64,000 nucleotides of DNA from Paraspadella gotoi (GCA_051294375.1 CM119265.1:902089-966088); one strand, 5' to 3'. Positions 22,448 through 36,330 are shown, counted from the stretch's first letter. Notes: generated by a model from the letters alone, not told the origin. Numbers and translations are program-made.

Positions 22448-25400
22448 ACTAAGTGTCGGAAGTAGCTCGTTTAATTCTCGAGACGCTAAATGGAGAAGGA
22501 ATGTAACATTTGCTTAAGGACGCAACCGCGACGAGATTTTGCTCAATTGTTGAAATGTCAGGTAAAAAAGAAATGGCAAAAACGGTTTCATTTATTGATT
22601 CATAGTCATAAGTTATTTATTAATTTTAATTAATTTATTTTATTTTATCAATATTTGGCAGTGCGAATTCTGTGCGAGTTGCCTCGAACAGTATTTGACA
22701 ATGAAGATCCTTGAAGGTCGAGTTGATTGCAGCATCCAATGTCCGGATCCAACCTGTCGCAGGTTTCCGCCCAGATTCGTAACTCCAACCTTTAGTCCCA
22801 AAATAGCCTTAAGTTAAGTAGCTTCCAACAAATTTAAGTAGCATCGTTGAAAGACTTTTTTATGTTAATAAATTTGGTTTAAGAACAGGGTTAAAGGATG
22901 AGGTTAGACATTAGGTTAGGGTTAGGGATTGAGTTTAGGCATCAGGTTAGACGATAAGTTAATATATGGTTAAATATTTAGGTAAAAACTCCATTCTGGG
23001 ATAAAAAAAACATTTTTTTTAATAATTTTTAAAAATTTTTACCTTAAATAAGCTCTTTGAGTGAATAAACCCAACTGCGAGAGACTCTTGATTGAAAGCT
23101 TAGAGGGACCTAGGCCATTAGTGGGTCCGGAGAAGAGCGGGAGTTTAACCTCTATACAAGCTTTCTCAGTGGACCTGTTATGGCATTATCTTGTAAGAGT
23201 GATGGAGGCCTTAAACCACCAAAGGCAAAGCCTGTCCAAAGTCAGGGGCAAGATAGCTTAATTATTAAATGAATAAATAATTTTTATATTGGTTGTACAA
23301 ATTTTATAATATTCTTAACTAATTCGAGTGGGCTACTTCAGTACTTATATATCATAAAAAGAATTAATTATAACGACAATTAACTTTTCCTAGTTCACAG
23401 TGACCCCCAACTCTTTCCCCCCCCCGTCCTCGTTCTCAGCGACGGAGTTTTTCTCGGGAAAGAAGTCGCTTCTTTAGTTCGACGAAGATTTTATCTTCAA
23501 TTTTTAAAAATGAAAAGAATCAAAGATGTTGAAGTGGATCCCTTCAGAGTTTTATGTCCCAATGAAGAATGTCAGGTCGGGAAAATGTCGTCGGGAAATG
23601 TCGGTAGGAAAATGTCGGGTCGGGAAATGTCGGGTGAAAATGTCGGGTCGGGAAATGTCGAGGTCGGGAAATGTCAGGTCGGGAAATGTCGGGTCGGGAA
23701 ATGTCGGTCGGGAAATGTCGGAGTAGGGAAAATGTCGGGGTCTGGGAAATGTCGGGTCGGGAAATGTCGGTCGGGAAATGTCGGTCGGAAAGTCCGGTCG
23801 GGAAATGTCGGGTAGGAAAATGTCGGGATTGACGATATTTAAGTGACCGAGTGGAGAGAGGGTCGCCGTGTTTCTCTGACGGCACACTGCACAGTGCACA
23901 CTGCAGTGCACACTGTTCCCAGCGGTTCTGCCAGATTTTTCCGTCAGTTGCTTTGCTTTCCGGAACTTGGGATCCGGCGGTAGGCTTGCGACCGGTGGGT
24001 TAACCGGCCCATCACTATTTTTGCAAGGATCGTTCCGACCAGGGTGAGAACCCGGGACCATTGGGTTCGTCCAATGCGTTATTACAGAATGTCAGGTTGG
24101 GGCTGCCAGAACGAAAAAGTCGGTTTGAGAATATCTGAAGAAAAATAATTTTATCATTACCGCTCTGATTTCATGATTCCTCTCTCTGTGTCCATATGTC
24201 CATATGTCCATATGTCACCTAAAATATTAAAGATGTCAGATGCAAAAATGCAAAAATTCAATTATGCAAGATCTCATATCCAAAAATGGTGAATATACGG
24301 ATTCAATGATTCGTCCATCCATCCATTTTCAGTCCGTATGTCACATATGCAGCGGAAGAGGCGACACTTACAGCGACGAAAGAGGGCGTCCTGTCGATTG
24401 CTTTCAGTGTGGAACGAGATTCTGTTCCAAATGCAGATCACTTTGGCACAAGGTTGGATGGGAACTGTAATGACACAATGTCAAAATGTATTAGTGTCAT
24501 GAGATGGAATATTTGTATGAGGTTAATGGCAAGAGAAAAGGATAGATAGATTAAAAGATACCATATCAACGAGGCAATAGAGTGAGAGAGAGCGAGAGAG
24601 AGACATTGATAGAAATTAAGTCGTCAGCATTTAGTATAAACTATAAAGGGGTAAAAAAACTGAGAAATATATTTAAACAAATCTAGAGATTTTTACCAAT
24701 AATTAATTAAATAATTAAATTCAATCAATCATATATTTGAACCAATGATATAATTTAACCAATCAGAGTCTTCCATTTATCAGAGATTTCAACCAATCAG
24801 AGTCTTCGGTTTATTAGAGATTTTCCACCAATCAGGGATCTCATTGCGATGCTCTCGTCGAGAGATGGCGTTCGACGACGACGACGACGAAAACGACGAA
24901 GTCCGCTCACGACGTTGGCGCGGCAGCGTCGCTCGGCGCCACGACGTTATCTGAGACTGCGGTGACGACATCCTGTGGCGCGGTAACGTCAACAGGGGGC
25001 GTTGACGTTACGAAAATCGGACGAAGAAGAAGAAGATTCCTCGACAACGACGACGATGAGGATGAGAACAAGGGTAGAGAATTCAAATGTAATATACAAA
25101 CATAACTATAAATGTAACATACAAACTAAACTATAAAAACTAACAATCAATTTCTTTTCGCTAATTTGATTTTTTTCCCCATTTTTACAGAAGGAGCTCA
25201 AATTTCTAAAACTTTGAAAGCCGGAATTTTGTCTAACCTCAATGTGCAGCAATGTAAACAGAATAAGAGAAAACATTGTAAAATCTCTATGAGTGACGGT
25301 TTCCCAGCTGTAATTTCAAATGAATCAGTAGTTTTTAACCTGTCACTAATAGTATTGGTAAAGAATATTAAATGTTTAATTAATTATCCAAGGTCCTCAC

Positions 25401-26898
25401 TGCCTCCAATTGATCGAACCGGCGGATTCGTCATGCTCGATGCGGCCACTGTTGATTTGCAAAGGATGTCCCAACATTTTCTGCGCTTTTTGTCTCGACA
25501 ATCTCAGCCACGATTTTCTCTTTAGGTTGGAATTGAGAATTGAGAGTGAGAGAGAGAAAGAGAGAGAGAGAGATAGAGAGAGAGTGAGTTATTGTTATTT
25601 AAATTTAAGAAATTACTATCTCCTTCTCTGCTCCGGTGCCCCTCTTGGCCTCGCCGCCGTGGCGGGCGCTGGCTGCGTGCTGCCTCGTGCCGCACTCCGT
25701 TCTGCGCGGCGTGCTCTGCCGGCCCGGTCGCGCTTCCCTCCGCGCTGCGTGGCGCGGCGCAGGCCCTGCCGCGTGTGCGCGCGGTTTGCGGGCGCTGGTC
25801 CTCCCCGCTCGGTCGGGCGTGGGGCGGTTCGGCTCTCCTCCGGGCGTTGGCGCGTGCCGTGTGCCGCCGCCGTCCGCGCGGTGGCGCCGATCTCCTCGCC
25901 TTCCTGAGCGGTGCGTGCGGGCCTCCACCCAGGTTCGCCGCGATGCGCCCGTCCGTGCCGGTGCTCCGGCGGTCCGCGGTTGCGTGGTGGTGCGCCTGTG
26001 CCGTCGCCGCTCTCGCGGTGCCCGCTTGCGCTACCCGTCTCTCGCGTCTTGCGTCCCCCCTTTCGCTCCGCCGGCGTGTCGATGCGCTCCTGCGTGGCTT
26101 ACCCCTCTCGGCCGAGGCGCGCCCGTGCCGCCTCCTTCTTCCCCTTTCTCCCCCTGCCCGTCGTCCTCGGCCTGCTCGCTTCCCCTCTCCCTACCCCTCC
26201 CCTCCTCTCTCTTCCCCCTTCCTCCCTTCTCCCCCTCTCCTCCCTCTCTCCTTCCCTCTCCCTACCCCTCCCTCTTCCCCCTTTCTCCCCCTTTCCTCCT
26301 CTCCTCCCCCTCTCCCCCTCCTCTCCCTTTCTCCCTCTCTCTCTCCTCCCTCTCCTCTCTTCTCCCGCTTTGCCTCCCCTTCCTGTTCCCTCTCCGTCCC
26401 TCTCTCCTTCCCCCTCCGCTGCCTCCGCCTTCCTTGCTGTCTCCCCCTGGTTCGCTCCCCTTTGCCTTTCCCTCTGCCTCCCTTCTCCTTCCCTCTCCCG
26501 TACCTCCCCTGCCTGTGCTTCACCCCTTTTCCTCCCTTCCTTGTCCCTCTCCTCTCTCGTCTCCTTCCCCTCTCGCCGTACCCTGCCCCTGCGTCTCTTC
26601 ACCCGCCTTTTGTCTCCCGCTTCCTTTCTCCCCTCTTCGTCTCTCTCTTTCCCTCTCCCTACCCTCCCCTCCTCTCTTCCCCCCTTTCTCCCTCTTCCTC
26701 CCCCTCTCCTCCCTCTCTCCTTCCCTCTCCCGTACCCTCCCTCTCTCTCTTCTCCCTCTTTCCTCCCGTCTCCTCCTACTCTTCTGCCCCCAAGACATTT
26801 CGATTCTGGTTCTTGTCAACAACGTCTCTTACGCGAAGGATTCGCTTCGTCTCGCGTCGCCCTCTTTTGGCACAAAACGCAGGCGTCGCTGCTCAGAG
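22448..26898 (+). CDS. RNF144: RBR (RING1-IBR-RING2) E3 ubiquitin ligase, RNF144-like; start codon and TM exon not found
   Basis: Exons ~22448-22561 (ECNICL...LLKCQ, with indels), 22662-22762 (CEFCASCLEQY...IQCPDPTC), 23440-23575 (DPFRVLCPNEECQ), 24333-24452 (CFQCGTRFCSKCRSLWH), 24836-~25073, 25191-~25253, 25393-25525 (CPHC...SSCS...CKGCPNIFCAFCLDNL) and 26794-~26898 (HFDSGSC...SRVALFWHKTQ; compare RNF144 HYDKGPC...SRASVIWHRTQ). Confidence 0.85.
23049..23310 (+). repeat. Interspersed ~200-270 bp repeat; other copies at ~29926-30092 and ~39586-39790
   Basis: Shared gagtRaataaac...cttgattgaaagctt...caaagNctgtcNaaagNcagggNcaagatNg...tattaaatgaa...atattggttgtac in all three copies, all in introns. 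Confidence 0.8.
23571..23828. repeat. (GTCGGGAAAT)-type minisatellite starting at a splice donor
   Basis: Repeated gtcgggaaatgtcgg immediately after CAG|GT at 23575. Confidence 0.9.
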
Positions 26899-27227
26899 GT
26901 CGGTCGGTCTGTCTCAGTCTGTCGGTCTGTCTCAGTCTGTCGCTCCGTCTCTTTGTCGCTCTGTAATAAAAATCATTTCAGGGATAAGGATTAAGGATTT
27001 GGATTAAACTTTTTGGAAAGAGAATAGATATTGGAGTAAAAATTAAGTTTAAGGATTAGGAATCTAAATTTTAACCCGAACATTTAGCTTAAATCTCTAA
27101 TCTCTTATCTTCAATCTTTAATCTAATTCTCTAATCTCTAATCTTTAATCGTCAATCTTTAATCCAATTCTCTAATCTCTAATCTTTAATCTTCAATTTT
27201 TAGTCTTCAATTTTTAATCTTCAATTC

Positions 27228-27718
27228 TCATCTCCTCACTCATCTCCTCAGGATTTGTCATTCTCATCTTCTCTCTCATCTCCTAAGGATTGGTCATTCT
27301 CATCTCCTCTTTCATCTCCTCATCTCCTCTCTCATCTCCTTATCTCCTAAGGATTGGTCATTCTCATCTCCTCCCTCATCTCCTCATCTCATCAGGATTG
27401 GGCAGCCTCATCTCCTCTCTCATCTCCTCATCTCCTCTCTAATCTCCTAATCTCCTTAGGATTGGTCATTCTCATCTTCTCTCTAATCTCCTAAGAATTG
27501 GTCATTCTCATCTCCTCTCTCATCTCCTCATCTTCTCTCTCTTCTCCTTATCTCCTAAGGATTGGTCATTCTCATCTCCTCTCTCATCTCCTCATCTTCT
27601 CAGGATTAGGCAGCCTCATCTCCTCTCTCAACTCCTCATCTCCTCAGGTTTGGTCATTCTCATCTCCTCTCTCATCTCCTCATCTTCTCAGGATTGGGCA
27701 GCCTCATCTCCTCTCCAT
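27228..27718. repeat. Minisatellite (ctcatctcctctctcatctcct.aggattggtcatt)n
   Basis: Direct tandem units visible throughout. Confidence 0.85.
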
Positions 27719-27719
27719 C

Positions 27720-28610
27720 TCGCGGCGCCAATTTCTTCTCCGACCTGATGACGAAGACGAAAACTTCCCCTCGAATTTTCTGCGAGTCTCTCGACTCTTA
27801 CATCGAGCAGGAGCTGCAGTGGCTCGTCGAGAGTTTCTTCTGGAAGATGAAGACTAGGGTCAAGTCATTTGTTGTTAATATATCGAAGAAATGTTATGAA
27901 TAAATAAATAGTTCATTAAACAGCCATCTACTACAGGGGGGGGAAGGTTAAACTGCACGGCGGCCATCGGATTAGAACCCGGGACCTTTGGGTTGGGAGA
28001 CGAACGGTTGGTGGATTTTCATCCACCTTTGGAAGCTCAAATGACCCATTGTTAAAAAGACAAAGACGACGACAAAAACGATGACAAAGTGGAAACTGGG
28101 CGACGCAATTCTGACCGCTTCTACCTTTCAATTGATCTATTGGTTTATTTCTTCATTGGTTTCTTAATTGAAAATATATTTCTAGATTTATCCGTTGCTT
28201 TGTTGACTGGTTGAAGATTTCATTAATTCATTTTTAATTCATTTTTTACCTTATTCTGACATTTATTTATTCATTTATCCATTGATTCAATTAATACCAC
28301 ATTTTTTATGTTTTTTAATTAATTTATTTATTACATCTTGTTATTAACTTTACAATCCTTTTCCACAATGTCTCAGGTCGTCCTGATGGACTTGAGTCAG
28401 ACCCAACGCAAAGTCATCCGACGTCTTTTGTTCAACCACGGAAAGTTTCTCGTTTATTCCGATCGGCCTCGCCAGGGGCGCGCGCGTCGAATGAGCTCAA
28501 CGGCGAGAAACAAAAGATCCGTTGGGGAAGAGGAGGAGGAGGAGAGCGAGGAAGAGGAGGGGGGAGGAAGTGGGTGGAGAGGAGGAGAGAGAGAGAGAGA
28601 GAGAGAGAGA

Positions 28611-28656
<46 letters not shown>

Positions 28657-30998
28657 AGTTAAAAATCCTTTTATTACGTCGAAGAATAATAGTCCTTAAA
28701 AATTTGGTTCTTCTTTCAGAGAAAAGGAAGCATTAGGCAAATCCACAACAACAACAACAACAACAACGACAGAAATGAGTCATCGTGATTGCGTCGTCCT
28801 AAGCTGGATCGCAGCTTTGGATTCTTGGAGTCTTTTGCCAGGTTATCTTCTTTGTCAATTGCTTGTTTTCTTGTCCTTTTATTTGTCCTGTTTCCTTTTC
28901 CTTTTCTCAATACTTTTATCCTTTTGTCCTCTTTTCCTCTTTGTCCTCCTTTCATTTATCAATTGTTTTTTTTTTTGTTTCAAACTCCGCCCTCTATCTT
29001 CCAGACGAAGAAACTCATCACGTGGGCGAAATTCGTCTAATAAAAGATAAAAACTCGGAAAAAGAATTGTATTGCTCAAAAGGTTTTTACTGTAAAAAAA
29101 ATACACTGTCTGTTTAAAACATTTATTTATTTCTTCATCTTTCTTTTCTCTCACTCTCTTTTTTCTTTTTCTCGCTCTCTCTCCTTTCCCCATTCCCCCT
29201 CTCCCTCTCTCTCCCTCTCTCCCCTCTCCTCCTCCCCCTCCCCCTCTCTCTCCCTCTCCCTCTCTCTCTCCCTCTCTCTCTCCCCTCTCCCTCTCCCTCC
29301 CCCTCTCCCCTCCCTCCCTCCCCTCTCTCCTCCTCTCTCTCTCCCTCTCCTCTCCCTCCCTCCCCCTCTCCCTCTCTCCCCTCTCCCTCCCCATCTCCTC
29401 TCTCTCTCGCCCCTCTCCCTCTCTCCACTCCCTCCCTCTCTCCCTCTCTCTCTCCCTACCTCTCCCTCTCCCTCTCTCTCTCCCTCCTCTCCCTCCTCCC
29501 TCTCCCTCCCCCCTCTCCCCTCCCTCCTCTCCCCAGCCTCCTCTCTCTCTCTCGTCTCTTACGACAGAGAAAATGAGAAACTTCGCGTTGCAAAAATCGT
29601 CAAATATTTTGAAGATTTCGGTGTCGTCGTTTTGGCAGAACTGAAGCGCAGGAGAATCGCTTATGTGGATGGGCTTAATGTGGGTAGATTATGGGCAGTG
29701 TGGGTGTGGTCAGTGTGGGCGGTGTGAATGTGGTCAGTGTGAGCAGCGTGGCATTCTTTTATAAATTCGTTTCATTCGTTAAATCATTTTTAACATTTTT
29801 AACTTTTTACTCATTTAATTAATAAAACATTCATTCATATGCTCGTTTATTTCTAAGTTACTTAATTACGGAAATTTATTTTATACAATTTAAACATTAT
29901 TTGAAATGTTATATCACTTCATTGATAGGGAAGTCAAGTGCACTGGGAGTGAATAAACGAGACTGTGAGAGAATCTTGATTGAAAGCTTGCAGTAACCTG
30001 CATGTATGCCACCAAAGTCTGTCCAAAGACAGGGGCAAGATGGCTTATTTATTAAATGAAGGACTAACTTTCATATTGGTTGTACCAATTTCATGTACTC
30101 GTATTGATTTTGTTTCCTTCTCTTATCATAAAGTTTAACATAATTAATATAACTTTATTGAATTTGATCAATGATTTAATCTCCGACAGGTGGCGATGGT
30201 GACTGTCTCACCTGCTAAACAGATGCAACGTCGCGGACTTAAACATCTGAAGAACAAAAACTTGGACAAAGAAAAAGGTAGATGTCACAAATGGTCAAAA
30301 CTCCAGACTCAAGACTCGAGGACTGTAAAACCCGGTCCATAGACTCAAGACTCCAGGACTGTGAACCCCGGTCCATAGACTCTCTTGACTCTGGACTCTG
30401 AATGTCACCTTTATACATTTTTCGTTTGACATAATAAAAACTGATCTAATTGTTCGAGATGTTTCCATTTTTACAGCACCATTTCTACAGCACCATCCCT
30501 CTACAGCACCATCCATCTACAGCACCATCCATCTACATCCCTCCCTTTCCATCTTTCCCCAAGCCGACGCCCTCGAGATGACCCAATACCTGGACCTTTT
30601 CTACGGAGACGTCTCCTTCGCCGCCGATGGCCACGCCCACCGGAAATGCGTCGATTGTGGCGCCGACGTCAGGATCTTTTGTTTCGAAGACGAAGTAGAA
30701 GTAGAGGAACTGAGACCCTCGAGTTATGAGAGGAGAGGTGAGAGAAGTGATAAAAGAAGTGATAGAAGTGGAGGAACTGAGACCGTGAGTTATGAGAGGA
30801 GAGGTGAGAGAAGTGATAAAAGAAGTGATAGAAGTGGAGGAACTGAGACCGTTGAGTTATGAGAGGAAAGGTGAAGTAGAATAGAGTAGAATAGACAGTC
30901 GGTTTGTCTAATTACTAAAAGAAAGAATGATAAAATAATAGAGAGTCATTGCAGCAAAGTGGCATAGAACTAAAAGTGGTTTCTTTTTGTCTGCAGCG

Positions 30999-31035
<37 letters not shown>

Positions 31036-31090
31036 TCAAACCAAGAAACTTAGAACTTCGTCGAGTTTCCGCTTGTTTCGATTTGAAGAA
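27720..31090 (+). CDS. Unidentified multi-exon protein-coding gene
   Basis: Open, splice-bounded GC-richer segments at ~27720-27858, 28377-28502, 28720-28841, 29004-~29070, 29569-~29665, 30190-30277, 30564-~30694 and 30998 onward. Example translations: SYIEQELQWLVESFFWKMKTR / VVLMDLSQTQRKVIRRLLFNHGKF / MTQYLDLFYGDVSFAADGHAHRKCVDCGADVRIFCF. No family recognised. Confidence 0.5.
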
Positions 31091-32361
31091 GAGAAGAGAA
31101 GAAGAGGAAGAGAGAGAGCGAGATAGAGAGGGAGAGGATAAAAGAGAAGAGACGAAGAGAAAGACGGAGAAAAGAGAATCGAGTAGAATAGGTACTCTAT
31201 TCCAAGACCACCCCGTTTTTGTTTCTTATTTCTAAACTTTATTATAACTTTGATATCTAACCCTAATCTCTTACCAAATGTTTAACCAAATCTTGAACCC
31301 TAATCATTAACACTAATCCCTAACCTTAACAAAATTCCTAATACCTAATTTCTAATCTGTAATCCTCATGTTTTCAGATTTAAATACAGAATTAGGTTAG
31401 GGATGAGGGTAAAATAATTAGGTTGAATAAACCGATAACCATAATCTCATTTGCATATTGCAGAGAATCGGTTTAAACGATTACAAAAGTCCCATTTTAC
31501 ATCTCATGTTTTGAAAATAACTTTCATCGATTGTTTTATTATTATTATAATTGGAAGTTTGTTAGCTTACACAGTCTATTGGTTTCGATTAATTTAGGAT
31601 AAAAAGACTAATAATTGAACTTTTTTGTTATTTTCAAGGTATGCGATTGCCAAAGAGTTCTCTTATTCATGGGTTTAAAACTTCTGAATTAATTTTGATA
31701 CTAAAAAAATCTAATTTGATACAGAATTGATTTTGCAGAGGATTATTCAAAATCCTCCTTGTTATTGTTAGTGATATTAATCATGTGTTTTTTTAAGTTT
31801 ATAAGATTTTAATAAATATTATTTATGTGGTAAATATGGGTAGACAGGATAAGGAAAGTACTCGGAAAAACTTTTTAAAAAAGGTTGATTGGGACTCCTT
31901 GGCCCTTTTTCTATTTTCATGCTTAACTATATTTTCATTTGCATATTGCAGAGAATCCCTTTAATGAAAAAAAAAATCAAAACTTATTTTAATATACATT
32001 TAGAAAGAAATTATTTAGATATTTTATAATCATACATGTTAGGAAATTCTCAAATTCGTACAGACAAAGATACTAATTAATTTAGGAAGAAAAAAAGTAA
32101 TTAAACTTTTTTAATTAATCCTCGGTGGTGAGATTGTTAAGATTGTTCGTATTGATGGAGATTGAAATCGATTATTAATAATTGGATACACGGAAAACCA
32201 ATCACGGTTTTTCATCTGATTTTGCAGGGTTTTTTATGTACCCTTTTTCTGTGTTAAAGATTTCCTTTCTTCGCATTTCTAAATCTATCTCTCTTTCTTA
32301 TTTTCTATCTTTTTTTCTATTTTCATATCTTTCTTTCTTTCCCATATGCTTCATCGATTTT

Positions 32362-32626
32362 ACCACTATTGGCCGCTTCTTTGCTAAACATTGGCCCCTA
32401 CTATAATTATTATTGGCCTCTTCTTTGCAAAACATTGGCCCCTACTATAATTATTATTGGCCTCTTCTTTGCAAAACATTGACCACTACTATAATTATTA
32501 TTGGCCGCTTCTTTGCTAAAAATTGGCCCCTACTATAATTGTTATTGGCCTCTTCTTTGCAAAACATTGGCCCCTACTATAATTATTATTGGCCTCTTCT
32601 TTGCAATACATTGGCCTATTCTATAA
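32362..32626. repeat. ~44 bp tandem repeat, about 6 copies
   Basis: ttattattggcctcttctttgcaaaacattggcccctactataa units. Confidence 0.9.
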
Positions 32627-35169
32627 TCACATTTAGCCTCTTCTCTCTTTAGCCTTCGAATCTCATAATAAGAAGAGAGAAGAAATCGAAGACGACGACG
32701 ACGACGACGACGACGACGAGGACGACGACACAGAAAGCGCTGCCGACACATTTGCCGACACTGACAGCTTAAACGGCCGACCCGACACTGACGACGCTGC
32801 CGACACAAGGCCGGTTTCCTCGGCGGCGTTGAGCGCCGACGAGGGTGAGAGAAGGCGGAACTATTATCCGAGAACGCCTCATTTCTATTCCAAATCCCTG
32901 AATTGGATCCAAGATTCAAAAATTTAATTCAATTTTTCAGTCTCGATCAACGCGGATTCAATTCATAGGAAATCTTTTTTCTCCTCGGATTTCGATTGTG
33001 AAGAAACAAGAAAACCGTTGGAACCATCGTTGAAGGTCAAATTTCAAGGTCAAAGTGTTAAAAATACCTTGTGACCTCTAGTGAAGGTCAAAGAGTCCAA
33101 ATAACCCGGAAAGAATCAAGGTCAAAGTTACCACGTGATCTTTGGGGATTATCAAAGAGTCAAAATGACCAAGATTGGTTTAGACAAGGCGACAATTAAT
33201 CAATTTAAATTAAATTTAATTAAATTAATTAATCAATTAATGTTTTTGCCTATCAAACAAAAAATCAGTTACTCGCGCTAGTAATTTCAGACTTTCCCTG
33301 TCGATCGTTACTTTTCCAAAAACTGTTATACAATAAACGTGATTTTCCACGAGTTCCTCAACCTTATTGTAAATAAATAACTCGATGTTTTAATATCACA
33401 ATTAAACTGCGACATTATTAACCACGCTATTACAGGCAGACTACGTTTACGAGCTTTAAATTTAATTCGTAAAATTTTAAGTTACAGCGAACACGTTGTA
33501 TTTTAATAGTTTTAAATGAAGCTGAATACAACTGAATAATCAGGAAATACGCTTTCAAGGTCAAAGTCCAAGGTCATATGGTCAAAGTGACCCACTTCGT
33601 TCAAGGTCAAATTCACTCTGTTATAATTTAAGGTCAAATCCAACGTAAAGGCCTTGTGACCCAAGATGATGATCAAAGCAAATTGCCAATGCCTAAAAGC
33701 GATCTTGTAATTTGTAAATATAATTTTGAGGTCATGACATTAAAGTGGCCCTGAAATAAGATCAAAGGTTCAAAGAGATACTCGGTCCAGTTTAATATCC
33801 AAGGATTTACCCAGGAAGCTAAAGGGTAGTATGAACCTCGAAATGAGTCAATAACTTTAAACTTTTATCTATTTTTGAATATTAATCTTTTTATTATCCC
33901 TAAAAAAATTACTGTTTTTAATCTAAATACTTTTTTCCTATTTTTTTCAGGTTTTCGATTTTGGAAATTTGAAACTGGATTCGGCCGAAGAAGACGATGA
34001 CGACGACGACGACGACGATGACGACGATGACGATGACGATGACGACGACGATGATGATGATGATAATAAAACAAAAATCGCCGACGAATAGAAACTTAAT
34101 TCAAACTGAAGGAAGCGACGACGACGACGAAGACAGAAAATTATATGAAACAAATGAACATCGGAAATGAGTTAAATTTATTGAGTTAAACAACAAAAAG
34201 AATAAAAAAATAAATGAATGAATACTCTCTGCCGAAACAGACTGAGATTCAAAGTTCTTAATATAACAATGAATGTTAATAAACGTTGTTCTGTGTCGCA
34301 AGTTAAAGTTTTTATCATTCTGATTGTGTAATTATAATCGTGCAATGTTCGATGAATTTATTTATCTGTTAGGAATTAATTAGGATACCGATACGTCAAA
34401 TTTAGCAATCAGAGGTAAAAAAATGATGCATGAAAGGTAAAAAAATTGATTATTTTTTTAAATTGGTGGCGATTCAGTGCGATAAATAGTCGATCAACAA
34501 GAAAACAGCAACAAGAAACAATCAATATTTTTTTTTCGTTTTCAAATTTCAGAGATAAGAAAAAGTTATCTTGACAAGATTTCTCTTTTTTTCCCCGCGG
34601 TTCTTTTCAAGATAAGACTTCCTTTTCTAAAAAAAAAAAATATTATTTAATAGGAAGTTGGCAACTTTTACATTTTTATAATTGTCAATTATGACTTTTT
34701 AAATTTTTTTTGTATCTCCGGCGGCCGTCACATCTTAATATCACTCCTTTTGACGAAATCGCCCGACAATTTCTTGCCATTGGCCCACAATCGTCCGACA
34801 ATCTCCCGTCATTTAACCGACAATCGCCCGACAATCTCCCATCATTTAACCGACAATCGCCCGCCAATCTCTCGACAGTGTCGGCCTTCGGACTCTCAAC
34901 TTCTCTGCCGCCGAAGATCAAACGAATAAAAACATCTGGACTTCGAAATCTGATTTTGCTACTTTTGTCCGTCGGTGGCGATCGTGGTTAAGTCGACGAC
35001 TTCGAAATGAAAAGGTCTAGCGTTCGAGACTCAGACGCTGGATTTTTTCATTGTTTCTTTATTTTCTAAGGCTCGTAGCGTTGGTGGCATGAGGGAAAAG
35101 CATTCTTACGTTCCGGTCTCAAAATCGTACCGCGCGTTGGACAATTATCGGTTTAAAAAACGAGCATGA

Positions 35170-35181
35170 AGCGCATGCGCA
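35170..35181. promoter_or_regulatory. NRF1/Ewg-type palindrome GCGCATGCGC
   Basis: agcgcatgcgca in a CpG-richer intergenic patch; motif match only. Confidence 0.35.
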
Positions 35182-35855
35182 GAATTACAGATTGAAGAAT
35201 AGAGAGTGTGTCTAGAATTGATGCATTGTTTCGCTGGTAAATGAAAAATTGAAGAATGACGTGACATTCTCAAACTGATTGTTGACAATCATTGACAATG
35301 ACATTGTTGATTGTTGGTTGTTGACAGTCGTTGTCATTGTCAAAAGTCAACGCTCAACATCCTGATGTCCTTAATTCTTTCATCTATGCATCGATCGATC
35401 TTCAATTTAGTTTTCAATGACTTCGCATATTCTTAGTTAAACTTATATAGGTAGATCGTTGTCGTTTTCAGTACTTTTTAGTTGCGCCGCAAGTACTCGC
35501 GGATCAACTCTATAAGTCGATCGGTCGGTATGTTTATCCGTCGGTCCATCCCACTTAGGTTAAGAAGGGAAAAAACCTTAAATTTAATTGACTGCTAGCT
35601 CCGCCTTTCAGGAAATCCCGAAACTATAAAGAATATTGCAGTCATGTAGTCATGTCATGTAATGTCACGAGAAAAACACGTGAAAGTAAAGTCACTGCGG
35701 CGCCACACATCGGATGAACCGATCTCGTTTAATGTCGCGAATCAATTTTGCCATATATATTATATGAGGGCGAATCGATGTTAATTGATCCACTTAATTG
35801 ATCTCGATTAACTCCCGAACCAAAGAACGTTTGATATAATTGTGAATCGCTAAAC

Positions 35856-36330
35856 TAGGGGTAGCCCAACTCAATTGGGTGTGTCAAAAATTTAGAGTGA
35901 GTACATGCTCAAACAAATATTTAGACATTTTTAAGAATACTTTCAATGGACAAAAAATTTCTAATATGGCTCTATACCCTAGTAATTAATTTTTTTAATA
36001 TTTATTTATAGATAGGAAAGGCCAACAATTTTTTTTAGAATTTTTAAATTTTAAGACCAGATTCAGATAGCTCATAAAAAGCTGTCTGCACAAAGTATAA
36101 TTCTTTTTTAAATATTCTTATGATAAGTGTGTCAAAATTCAAAAATAGGAAAAAAAGTAAAAAATCATCATCATCATCATCTTTCGATGATTTTTTCAAT
36201 TTTTTGATATTTTTATTTAGAAAACGTAAAAATTTTTAAAAGCTGTAATTATATTTCTTGTTTAACTTTTTATGCTCTATCAGAATCCATCAAAAAATTT
36301 TAAGATTTCCAAAAAAAATGTTTTGCTTTA
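35856..36330 (+). mobile_element. Diverged partial copy of the TAGGG MITE family
   Basis: TAGGGGTAGCCCAACTC...catgctcaaac...gaccagattcagatagctc...cagaatccatc matches 19883-20340. Confidence 0.75.

Noticed and set aside
25592-27007. Long 351-471 aa ORFs in an almost A-free GC/pyrimidine tract
   Set aside because: Open in all three frames simply because A (hence stop codons) is absent. It lies in an RNF144 intron and may be poor-quality sequence; only 26794-~26898 is judged coding.
32362-32626. Regularly spaced repeats resembling CRISPR (also 51234-51480)
   Set aside because: Head-to-tail units with no unique spacers, no cas genes, and a eukaryotic context.
32640-34990. Possible minus-strand gene from several short GC-rich ORFs
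   Set aside because: Dominated by (GAC/GAT)n and a 30 bp repeat; no consistent exon chain or motif found.
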